Source: Amphiscolops sp. MND2022
Taxonomy: Eukaryota
Direction: 5' to 3'
Assembly (NCBI GenBank): GCA_964187785.1
Contig: OZ076409.1
Location: forward strand, 91,266,001 to 91,330,000
Length of the DNA: 64,000 nucleotides
The translations under genes and the position numbers were made by a program. Numbering within the stretch: position 1 is the first letter of the stretch; every line of letters begins with the position of its first letter. The notes beneath the pieces are model-generated. The model made no database searches, was not told the DNA's origin, and saw only the letters and a program-made list of their open reading frames with translations. Positions 24,292 through 35,170 of this stretch are shown piece by piece.

Positions 24292-24537
24292 TTCGGATCC
24301 CGAGGCGGCAGAGGCTTTGGCTCTTTTCTGTTTTCCCACCCCACCACCAACAATTTTGAGACTCAATTCCATTAAAATTTCAAAGAGGGCATGACCAAGA
24401 AAAATTGCACTATGCAGATTTGAAGATATCGACGTAGTTTTAGAGTTTTTTACAACCGAATGAAAGTGGGAATGAATTTTTACTTCGAGAAATAAAGTTG
24501 ATCAAATTAATAAGTCACTGAAATCATATAATTTTCG

Positions 24538-24620
24538 GGGATGGTGGTTGAGTGGTCAAGTCTGCTGGTTGTCCTTCGCAACTGAGGGGATCGATTCCCG
24601 GAGCGAGCATTGGACTGGGG
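24538..24620 (+). other. Degenerate tRNA-like/SINE-head segment, copy 2
   Basis: A-box-like TGGTTGAGTGGTCAAG and B-box-like GGATCGATTCCC. No convincing full cloverleaf. Confidence 0.45.
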
Positions 24621-24858
24621 TACAAGCTCGCAGTGTTCATTTGATCATCCCCTACAGGCTGCTAACACTGAGTCACTGTCCTTTTTTGATTTTGATTCGA
24701 AGAAGTGAAATAATTTGTGATCATAAATACAGTTATAAACTTACATATAATTTGAACCAAACATACCATTAACATACCATTACATATAATATGATCACAA
24801 AAAAATTCATTTTTTCTAATAATGCAATACTGCGCTATTTTTGTTGCTGTAATTTTCA

Positions 24859-25101
24859 ATGAGGTTACAGGTACCGAAGATGAGGGTAAAAAGTCAACCC
24901 CGGAAATTAGTTACAACTTGTAGTTTATGTCTAGAAGAGTATAGAAGAGTAGAATTTCAAACTTTTCACAGTAGCCATAGAAAACATTTAGCTTGTAGAA
25001 ATTGTATAGATTTGTATTTAAAAAGTGTAAATTCTAGTGTAGTTAGATGTCCATTTTGTAGATTACCCGTTGATGTAGTTTTGTACCTACCTTTTTCTTA
25101 G
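24859..25101 (+). CDS. Small intronless RING-finger protein (80 aa)
   Basis: CSLC..HRKHLACRNC..CPFCR. ATG start, and AATAAA at 25185-25190. Confidence 0.7.
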   Translation: MRLQVPKMRVKSQPRKLVTTCSLCLEEYRRVEFQTFHSSHRKHLACRNCIDLYLKSVNSSVVRCPFCRLPVDVVLYLPFS

Positions 25102-25767
25102 TTTTGTAAATTTTGTAGTTTTTTGATTTTAATTTAATTTAAGAATTTAATTTAAAACAGACAGGGTTGTTAAACTAATTTTGTAATAAAATCTACGTCA
25201 GATACGCAGACTGACGATGATAGAAAGTACCATGACGTATCCACCACGATGCCACAAAGATGTTCAAGGACACTCAGAGACGAATTGAACTCAAAGTTGC
25301 AGTAAAATTACTGACATTTATTCAACTTAACTTTCAAAATAGTTGAGTCAAATACCAGTGTTCAGTATTGAAGAATTGAGAGAAACTTTTGAAAAGCACT
25401 AACTTCGTCTGATTCTGCATTTTCAAATTCTGTTTCCACAGGTGGCGGGCCGGTTCAAATTCATATACACTTCAAAACAACTATTTGCACTGGTTGTTTT
25501 AATTTTTTGTGTCTTTTTTTTTCTCCTTAACACCCCTGTTTGAGACCCAACAGAGGCCACGTTCTCGTCGTGGGTCTTGTTAAAGGGTGACACTCTGTGA
25601 TCCCCGAACTGAGAGCCTCTTTAAAAACACAAAATACTGGAACTGAGTGAGATTAGGTTGTGATTTTTTTTTATCATAACCCACACTTGGGTCCTACATT
25701 TTCGATATCTGTAAAGTTGGCATCGGTGACATTTTAAAATTTATTTTGGACTCGCTATCATTGAGCA

Positions 25768-25967
25768 NNNNNNNNNNNNNNNNNNNNNNNNNNNNNNNNN
25801 NNNNNNNNNNNNNNNNNNNNNNNNNNNNNNNNNNNNNNNNNNNNNNNNNNNNNNNNNNNNNNNNNNNNNNNNNNNNNNNNNNNNNNNNNNNNNNNNNNNN
25901 NNNNNNNNNNNNNNNNNNNNNNNNNNNNNNNNNNNNNNNNNNNNNNNNNNNNNNNNNNNNNNNNNNN
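25768..25967. other. Assembly gap
   Basis: Run of N. Confidence 0.99.
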
Positions 25968-25989
25968 CTTCGAAAGCAATGGACGCAAA

Positions 25990-26443
25990 CTTAGTATTTC
26001 AGTCCAAAGGCCAGAAAGTCCTTGTTATAATGCCTTTACAATCCACGATTTGAATTCTCATTCTAATTCTAGAGAGATTGAAATTAAGGCTTTTGCTGGA
26101 AACGGCAAAAACTCGAGAGAAGTGGATTCCAGTAGCGAACTTACAAGACTTTCAGGGAAATCGAACCAGAGGATCATTCGATAAATGAATGATCTGATGA
26201 GTAGTGTGAGCTCACAAATCCAGAGAGACATAAGTGAAGCTATTATTGAACAAGTTTTACCTCAAATTCAAGCTACTCTTAGGTCCGGACGAGAACAGGT
26301 ACCTCGTAAAAGATGGAACGTCCCGGCTGACAGACCGGAATATAGACCCGACGAAGCCTTTAACCGCAAGTTCCGGAGTAGCTCAAGGAATGAGTTCCCC
26401 CGAAACCTACTTAGAGACGAGGACGAGGAGGATGCTCATGTCA
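25990..26443 (+). repeat. 5' LTR (start lost in the gap), followed by PBS-like TGGTGACAGGAG
   Basis: Aligns with 31860-32263. Ends GATGCTCATGTCA, with TGG at 26444. Confidence 0.85.
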
Positions 26444-29400
26444 TGGTGACAGGAGACACCGAATTTCCAATTCTTGTTATTGACTTTCTCGCGGGACACA
26501 TCCCGTCGTGAACAGTACTTAAGCAGTCCAACTGTGATCACAATGATTTTCTTGACGTGGCATTAACCGCTCCAGAACAAGACCCTCCAATGGCCGCACA
26601 AGACCCACTCCACAGTCTAGCCGATGTACTGACTAGCCTGCAGAACCAACCCTCAGCTCAACAACAACTGACCATTCGTCCAATCAATTCCAATACATGG
26701 ATCTTTGACGGAAAAAACGATAAGGTTATGCGATTTGAGTATCTCTTTCATACAATGATAAAGATGAAACAAGAGATGTCAAAGCACATGAATAATATTC
26801 ATTTTCTTCTACTTTTGCGCAAAGAAGCCCAATTAACATTCCGGGACATCAATACAAGCAATAGACAAACTCTTGAGGACGTACTAATAATTTTTAGACG
26901 AAAGTATGTCAAACCCGTATCCCAAGCGACTGCCAAACATAAACGGCACCGTCTGGTCGTTGACCCTAACACAATGAAACTACCAGATTTTGTCACGGAG
27001 TTCAATCAAAGGGAAAGAAAGCGCTTAGAAAAACCGCGCAGAATATGATAGACAGTCTCCTTTGTGCAAACTTGCCCCCAAAACTTAAGAGATCAGCGAA
27101 CATGGCCCAAATTGAGATTGCAACATATGACGAAATTGTCGTCCGTCTTGAGAGGGAATTGGAGTTTAACGCCCTTTAGGAGTCGGACGACCTGCCAATG
27201 GCGACAATGACTTCCTCAATATCTAAGCTTAAATGCCTTCTCTCCACTGGGTTGCTTTCTGATATCGTCTGCAATTACTGCAAAGAAAACAGTCATATTG
27301 TCCAAGACTGTGAGAAGCTTAAGAAGAAAAAAAAGATTCCCAAAGAGGCAAACAAACTGAAAAGAAAATCTACCCTAAGTGCGGGACTTGTGAAAAGACG
27401 AACCACCCTGAGAAACGATGTTGGCAGGGTGCAGGTGCGCACCTCAAGCCTAAACGTAACAGGCCTGAAGACTGACCGGATACCAACCCAGAATCCAAAG
27501 CACCGAAAGCCAGCCATAACGCCACATCGTCAGCTTCCCAGTCCACATCAGAGAAGGACAATTCAAAAACCTAAATTCGCCACGACTCCAACACCACCAT
27601 CTGGTATCAGTCCCATAATATGTCAGATCTGATTATCCAACTGAAGTTTTTCATGAATACCAACAACATTTAATGGGGTAAAGTATGACAGCGCCCATTT
27701 GTACCGAAAACCTATTTCCATTGGGATCCTGATAACACCACAAACTTCAACCACCTTCCCCTTCATTGATGACTACAACATGACTTATATCAATCCAGAC
27801 TATGGCAGAGATCCCTATAGGGACACTGACATTTACAACTAGGACTTGCTTCACTTCCAGCACGTTCTTGATGATATTGAACTCTATCAGAGATCAGCCC
27901 ACGAAAACCATCGAATAACGCAAAACAAGAAAACGAGAGAACGTATCGAAAACTGGCAAATGAATGATGGAACAAACCATTGCGTCTTCCCGAACCTCGG
28001 GAACTGATAATACCGAAATTAGCGCTGAAGCTTTTCCTCAGTCCCTATTTGATGAAGAGCAATATCAAAACATTCTTGTCACCAAAGAAAGTGAACCTGA
28101 CTGTATACCACTCTTTACCAATGTTAACCTCAATGCAAGAAGGGCATGCACTTCCCATGGACTTTGGGGAACTAACCATAAACGGCCTGATCGACACTGG
28201 TGCTTTATCCAGAGCAATTCTTGAAATGGACTTTCGGAAAATTTTCCTACTCTCTCCGCAATCAGTCATCCGAGAAAGTCTTCTTCCAAGCTTTCAAATA
28301 ATGGTCGCTAATGGACAATTAGGAACGCTCAAAAATACCATTGAACTAAAATTCGAGGTTGGGGACATCGAGTTCCATGAAATCTTCTTTGTAATGGAGA
28401 ATCTAACTGGACCAATTTTTGGACGATTGTTCCTTCAGAGAAACCATAGAGTTCTGGATATCAGACAAAGCATTTTGAACTTCCCATTCTTGTAAATGCA
28501 GCTCAAAACTGCCGATCATAAGTATTCCAATGTCCTTGAACCAATCCCCAATCCTACTGAAATCATCATTTCGCCGAAAGATAGAGTCCTAATCAGGACA
28601 AATTCCCAACTGTATCCTAAAAACTCTGTCACTGACATACTTCAACCGAGTGACCTGTTGCATGAAAAAGGTGACATTACTTTGTTTCCGACGTTAGTCA
28701 CCCTGAATGATGGCAATATTCAGATAACAGTAAACAATTTCACAGATCACCTCTTACAAACTCAAGAAGAGACTTCATATTGCCAACTTCCCCGTCATGA
28801 CACCAGAACCAATGAAGGATGTCAAACCTGTTGACCCAGCGTCAACTTGGCACCTACTACAAAATGACCAGAGCACGCTGCCCTTTACGTCAATAGCCTC
28901 ATAAAAACGAATAGAAAACCGCAAAACTCTGAAAGTTACTGGTTACCTACCTACACCCAGAGACTCCAGGAGACCCTGATGAACACACGCCCATCCAACG
29001 ACGAATCCTACGTGAATTGCAAGCATTACGAGAACTTGAAAGCCTTGATCCCACAAAGCATGCAGAATCCAGGACGAAGTTCGTTCGAAACTTTAATTGG
29101 AAGGATCCACCCTTGCGCCTGATGATATAGCGCGAATCGATTAATAATTAGTGGAAATCCATGACATTTTTGCGAGACACCGATTTGACATCGGCTTGAT
29201 TGAAGAATTCGAGGTGAAATTGACACCTATGGACAGTTTTCCAACTTACGGCCAATGTATTCCAGCACCAAACAATCTTGGGGGAAGACATACTCGTCGT
29301 TTGACCATGCTACACACAAGTGGCAAAATTACCACTTCCATGCTCGAAAAATGCCAGTCCAATATTTGCGCAGAAAAAACCAAAGGGGAAACTCCGAATA

Positions 29401-31539
29401 TTAGTAGACTTGGGAAAAATCGACAACCTAATTTCGGACGAATATAAAAATAATAATCATCCTGTTAGCACTCTTCAAATGCTGCCCAACACGTAGCAGG
29501 AAAGAAATTTTTTTTGCAACTTGGACTGTTGACAGCCACACCACTGCTTACAAATGGCCGACCAACGCTCAATAGAGATATTGGCATTCAACTTCGCTAG
29601 TCGCACTTTTGCATACAGACGTTTGGCACAATGCCTTAGTTGGGCACTTTCCGCATTTTGGAGCTTCATGAGGGAATAGCTTGATAAAGTCATCAGGGTG
29701 GACCACTGTGCTCTGGACGTGCACGATATCGCCATTGCAGCCAATGATGCTGACAACCTTATCGCTAACATGAGAGCAACTTTTAATTGCATCCAGGGGA
29801 CAGGCCTTAAACTCACAATGCACAAATGCCACTTCGGTGCCACAGAAATTGATTTCCTCGGACGAACAATCACCCCTCAAGCCGTCACACCACAAATGCA
29901 AAACGTTCAAAATTTTCTCGAAAAAAGGGTGACAACAATACGCAAAGAGTTCCTAATGCAAGGATCACCCCTGAGTTACTCATTTGGCCTGAATGTGACA
30001 TAGGACCCGAAGACGCTATGCAGATCGATCTATTGCCGAATCTTCCACCAAAAAGGAGGATGAGAATCGCACTCGATGTCTTCTCACGTTATTTATTCAC
30101 CTACCGTCTTACAGATGCGTCAGCGATCAACGTGGCGAAAGTCATCATTATTATCATGACTAAGCATGCAAACTTACCGACAACACAGATCACTGACAAA
30201 AGAAATGCTTTTACCTCCACGAATATTGCGGAAATTACACAAATGTTGGGGATTACACTAAAATGGGCAACAACCAAACATCCACAAACGATATGGAAAC
30301 TAGAGCAAACACATGGTCTCTTAAGACAACTCTCAAAATGGCTTTTGGGGAGTATCGCTGACAATGGCATAAATACTTGCCTCTCGCAGTCCTGAATCAC
30401 AACGCGAGCTACCATGCGAGTATTCGTTGTGAACCAACACGGGTATTCCAGGGTCGCATTCCTCACAATATTTTGGATAACCAGCTTGGAAACAATCGAA
30501 ATGAGCAGATTACCCCCACAACCGAATTTGCTGAGGAAATACAAAATCGAACTAGACTGCTCATCGATAAAACATCGCAAAATATCATGCACTCCTATCC
30601 TAAGTATAAGGAGTATTACAATCGCTCAGCAAAAGCAGCTCCCTTTGGGGAAAATGGCTATGTTTTCGTACTGCATCCTAAAACTGGTCACCATTGGTCG
30701 AAAATTCCATTCCAAAATTCCTTTTAAATGGGTCCCTTGATAGTACAAAAGGTTTTACCTAATTAAAATTTAATTGTACGCCGACTCAACACAAATAAAA
30801 CGCAGATTCTACACCGCATTCGACTCAATAAACTTGTTCCCAACCAACCACTTGAAGATAGTTATTTCGAAGAAAAATTACAGACGGATGAGGAAATTAT
30901 CATTCCGATGATCTTTACACGATTACTTGGGAAACAGACTTTGGTGACGAATTAGAGTCCCGAGGCAATGCGCCTAATCCGACTTACTTGCCAAGCGGTG
31001 AAAAGCCGGTTACGCCAAATGCCGAACCAAGCGAGTCAGACAAAAATGAAGTGGATTACATAACAACACGAGACTGTCTGAGTGACGTCAACGAGACGGC
31101 GCAACGACGAAGTGAAAAACCAGACGATGACGTCAGCAAACGAAATGAAGCTAGTGAAGCTACTTGAAACGAAAGTTCTGATTGGCCGGATTCGGACGTT
31201 TATTCCAAAACCCAAGAAAAAACTTTACCGGATCTGCACAAAAACTGAGTAAACGATGCGAATTTTTCGGAAGGAAACTTTTCTAATGAAAAGGATGCGA
31301 AAGTTTCTTCAACTGTGGGGATGACATTATCGTGCCCCAAATATCCCAAAGAGAAAATAAAAATCAAAATCTGAACCATTGGAGAAGGAAAGTTAACCTC
31401 CGACCCAATCCCAACCCAAACTACTCAGAAGAATACAGATACTAAAGAAACGAATTGCTCTTGCAAATGAGTGTTCTTTTCTTTTCATCTTTTCTTTTCT
31501 CAGTCCGTCTACAATTTTTTCTGGATAAATTTGGGGAAA

Positions 31540-32263
31540 TTTGATGAATCCCTTCTAGGAAAAATTTCAGGGATTACAAACAAAAAGACAAATATGTTTA
31601 TTTAAACATTACATGACCTTTGAGTAGACTCCCCAGTTACAGAAGAGGTAGTTGAGCGTGAAGCACTCCTCTCAATGCTCCTCCGGAAGCACTCCAACAA
31701 ATTTCAAGTATTGCTATCGCATATTCTCCATGCCTACTACAAGAAAACACAAAAGTAAAGCTAAGAAATCAAGAGAAGCTGATATGTTATTAGATATAGA
31801 AAACATGGACATAATGCTAGGTAGCAATCACTTCGAAAGGGAGGAAAATGAACTTGGCAATACAGTCCGAAAGCCAGAAAGTCCTAGGTAAAATGCCTTT
31901 ACAAACCACGATTTGAATTTCCACTCTAATTCTAGAGAGAATGAAATTAGGGCTTTTGCCGGAAACGGCCAAAACTCGAGAGAAGGGGATTTTAGTAGCG
32001 AAATTAATAGACTTTCAGGGGAATTGAACCAAACGATCTCTCACGAAATGAATGACCTGATAAGTAGTGTGATCTCACAAATTCAGAATGACATAAGTGA
32101 AGCAATTATTGAACAAGTTTTACGTCAGATTCAATCTACACTTAGGTCCGGACAAGAACCGGTACCTCGTAAAGGATGGAATGTCCCGGCTGAGAGACAG
32201 GAATATAGGCCTAAAAAAGCCTTTAACTGCAAGTTCAGGACGACGAGGAGGATGCTCATGACA
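31540..32263 (+). repeat. 3' LTR
   Basis: Follows the pol end (NLRPNPNPNYSEEYRY*) and a short purine run. Ends GATGCTCATGACA. The start is approximate. Confidence 0.8.
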
Positions 32264-32398
32264 AGTATATATCAAACACTATCTGCCAGAATCTTGCAAG
32301 TATCTTACATTTCAGACAAATCGGTCAAATTCTGACAGATCAAATATGTAGGTCTGATAATTAATGTGATAAACCTAATAACTAGCCTCGGCTGTTAA

Positions 32399-34230
32399 AT
32401 GAGTCTTTTCAGATTAATTCTTGAAACGACCGTCAAGATGGGTCCAACTCGTACGAATTCAACCTCAGCTCAAAACCCGACGAAGAAAGAAGAAGGTAGT
32501 AATCAGCTGGTCGAATGCACAGGGCCCCGAGTTGACGGAAGCGGCTACGTCATCTGGACCAATATCTGGGTACCAACGTTGATTCCCAAAAACTTCTTCT
32601 CTAGGCCTTTCCTCTGTGATTTCTGTGCCGTTGAGGAACTCAAAAAGATCCAATGTTCTGCTGCTGGGGATCTGTCTCCTGTCATCGAGGCTGACAGCAT
32701 TGAACAATATGGGCGCAGAGAAAATGTAAAGATCTTGGCGTGGAGGAGGAACCGGGCGAAAACGTCTTTGCAGGGGTGGTAAATGTGGTTGAAAAAGCAG
32801 GTGTGTCAATAACAAAAAAAAGATGTTAGTATCTGCTATCGTTTACCAAGTGGTGGTACTGGCCTTAAACCACTGGTTGCCAAGTTTGTAAGACGAGAAA
32901 CTAAACACCAACTTATGAAGAACAAAAGCAACTTAAAAAACACCAACATCTTTATCAATGATTGTCTCACCCCCCTTCGTGCTAAATTAACACTTGATTT
33001 GAGGAAAAGAGATAATGTTCGCAGCGTGCTTACAGTTAACGAAAGAATAGTTTTATTTATAAATATTGATGAAAAGCTGGTTTTTGACACCCTGTACAAG
33101 CTCCAAAAATGAGACGCTGAACTACTTAATTAATTGTGCTTACAAAAGTCTGAAAAAGTATTTCCCTCGAGACATTGGGATATCTGACAAAACATTTTTC
33201 TTTCTTTTGTATGCTGAACTTTTGATGTTATGCTGTGGTGACATTTGCCTAAATCCAGGTCCTGAGATGTGCTATTCACTTTTCTTTCAAAGTTCCAGAG
33301 AAGTATAAAAACAATTTACGCTTTGTTCATCTGAATTTCCAAGATGTATCTAAAAAGCAAAGGCAATTGAAGTCTTTTATCAACGACATGGGCAAAAACG
33401 CTATTATTGGGATTTCTGAATGTTGGCTTACCCCCAACGATAAAATGTTTTCACGGAGTGTAGCTTCGAAAACTCATAAACGTTTCAGATGCGACAGAAG
33501 TTCAAGTAACTGTGAGAAGAAGGGTGGAGGAGTAATACTTTTTGTACCCTTGAAACTAGCTCCCAGCGAACGTAATGATTTGAATCTTTTCAATAACTCA
33601 ACTTTTAAATTGCTATGGGTAGAGTGTCGCTGTAATTTTTCGAAAAACTGCAAGTCTAAAATACTCTTGAATATAACTTACAATCCCCTGAAGAAATATC
33701 AAATTGATTTCCACGCACTTGTGATGAGTCACCTGGACTATTCTCTTCTATTTTTCTTCAAAATTACCTCTTCTATATTGCTCTCACTAGAAAAACAGAT
33801 GAATTGGGCTTCGAAGAGCGTTTTTTTCCATTCAAACATCAAGTCATCTTATGAATTGAGAAAACACAAAGGTATAATCAGTAAACGTCACTTGATTATG
33901 TCCAAATCTCCGATTTACCTCTCTCAGTATATTAATAATTAGAAAATGATTTTCAAAATCAGTTGAAGTTACCTACGACTTCATATCGGTGGAATTCCCG
34001 TACCAATCAAGTGATCTATGTGGGTGATTTTTCATCTGTTTCAACTTCTTACTCATCGTTTTTTCATTATACTCCACTGAAGTGGAACTCACTACCGCTG
34101 CATATGCGATATCCAAGTGTGAGCCTACATGTATTCAATAGTCGATTAAAAATTCATCTGGAAAAAAGAGTCAAATGCAGTTCCTATCCAAGTAGCTAGT
34201 TCCTGTCGTGATTTTCGCCTCAAATAAACC
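32399..34230 (+). mobile_element. Internally deleted CR1/L2-like LINE (ORF1, partial APE and ORF2 C-terminus)
   Basis: ORF1 motifs EQYGRRENVKI, PLVAKF and IFINDCLT. LLMLCCGDICLNPGP precedes ORF2. APE motifs IGISECWL, FRCDR and GGGV join directly to the post-RT motif ALVMSHLDYS near 33710. Confidence 0.85.
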
Positions 34231-34719
34231 TGTGTCTTTCTTTCTTTCTCAAAATTGTTGGTGAAATTCGAGAAAACTACTTATGCTGGCATAAGTCATT
34301 TACACTTGTTGTAGGGTAAGCTGTCAGCTATCCCCTTACAATAATATAGTTGTCTTTCTCTCGTGTCTCGCAGACTCAGACGTTTCTTGCAAGGTTCTTT
34401 CAGGTCAAGACATATCTTGCAAGATTCTTGGACGATTCTTGCAAGACATTGTCTTATAATTGAAAAACATTCCGCAAGAAACTGTCTGGAATGTACGGAA
34501 AACGTCCAGACTGTTTTTAGTCGGCGCATTTTAACAAAATAAGCCCGAATATTACAATATCAAGTTGTTTTTCTTTTTTTTTCGCCAGATTACAGAATGT
34601 ATGCGTAATGGACACTTTTTACAAAACTACTAAACTACTGGACCGACAAACGGAAATGCATCTAAGTTAGTCCAAAGGGTCCCCCCTTTCACTTGCTCCC
34701 TTCTTAACGAAGGATACAA

Positions 34720-34945
34720 AACCGGACGAGACTATTTTTTATCGGCACTGTGCGATTTTTTTTCGATTTTTTTTGTAGCCAAAGGGTGCCCTTGATATAG
34801 CCTTTGTAGCCAAAGGGTGTTTTTGATATTTTACAGCAAACTGGATTCTCGAAAAAAAACCGAAAGGGTCCCCCTTATACAATTTTAAGAACGTTGCGCA
34901 TTTGAGCTTTAGATATGGCGCCGACTTTAGACTTTCCCGTATTGT
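34720..34945 (+). repeat. Interspersed repeat family ending AGATATGGCGCCGACTT; other copies at ~60295-60602, ~60740-61002 and inverted parts at ~63000-63180
   Basis: Shared motifs CGGCACTGTG(C/A)GA, AAAGGGTCCCCC and TTTGAGCCTTAGATATGGCGCCGACTTGG. Confidence 0.75.
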
Positions 34946-35019
34946 TTCAATTTTAAACCCAAAAATATGTTCAAATTGAATGTAAATATGTAATTGTCTG
35001 GTTTATGGAGTCGCGGGGA

Positions 35020-35170
35020 TTTTCTTCCAAGATCTTTCCAAGACTACACGTTTTTCGCAAGACCTTGCAAGATCAGACATTTTCTTCCAAGATCTTCCAA
35101 GATACGTGCAAGAATAATGCATTGTCTTCCAAGATCTTGGAAGTGAAATCTGACAGATTCTTGCAGAAAA
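35020..35170. repeat. TCTTGCAAGA/TCTTCCAAGA palindromic-unit repeat cluster; also at 32280-32340, 34380-34480 and 37350-37515
   Basis: Repeated 10-bp palindromic units, likely subterminal repeats of a MITE family. Confidence 0.7.

Larger units (their letters stand above)
25968..32263 (+). mobile_element. Decayed Ty3/Gypsy LTR retrotransposon
   Basis: Two LTRs. gag (FDGK.., CNYCKENSHIVQDC), protease LIDTGA (~28185), RT remnants (29150-29920) and integrase remnants (QIDLLP, DVFSRY, 30018-30700), in PR-RT-IN order. Many stops and frameshifts. Confidence 0.92.

Noticed and set aside
25746..25994. ORFs made of X residues
   Set aside because: Artefacts of the N gap.
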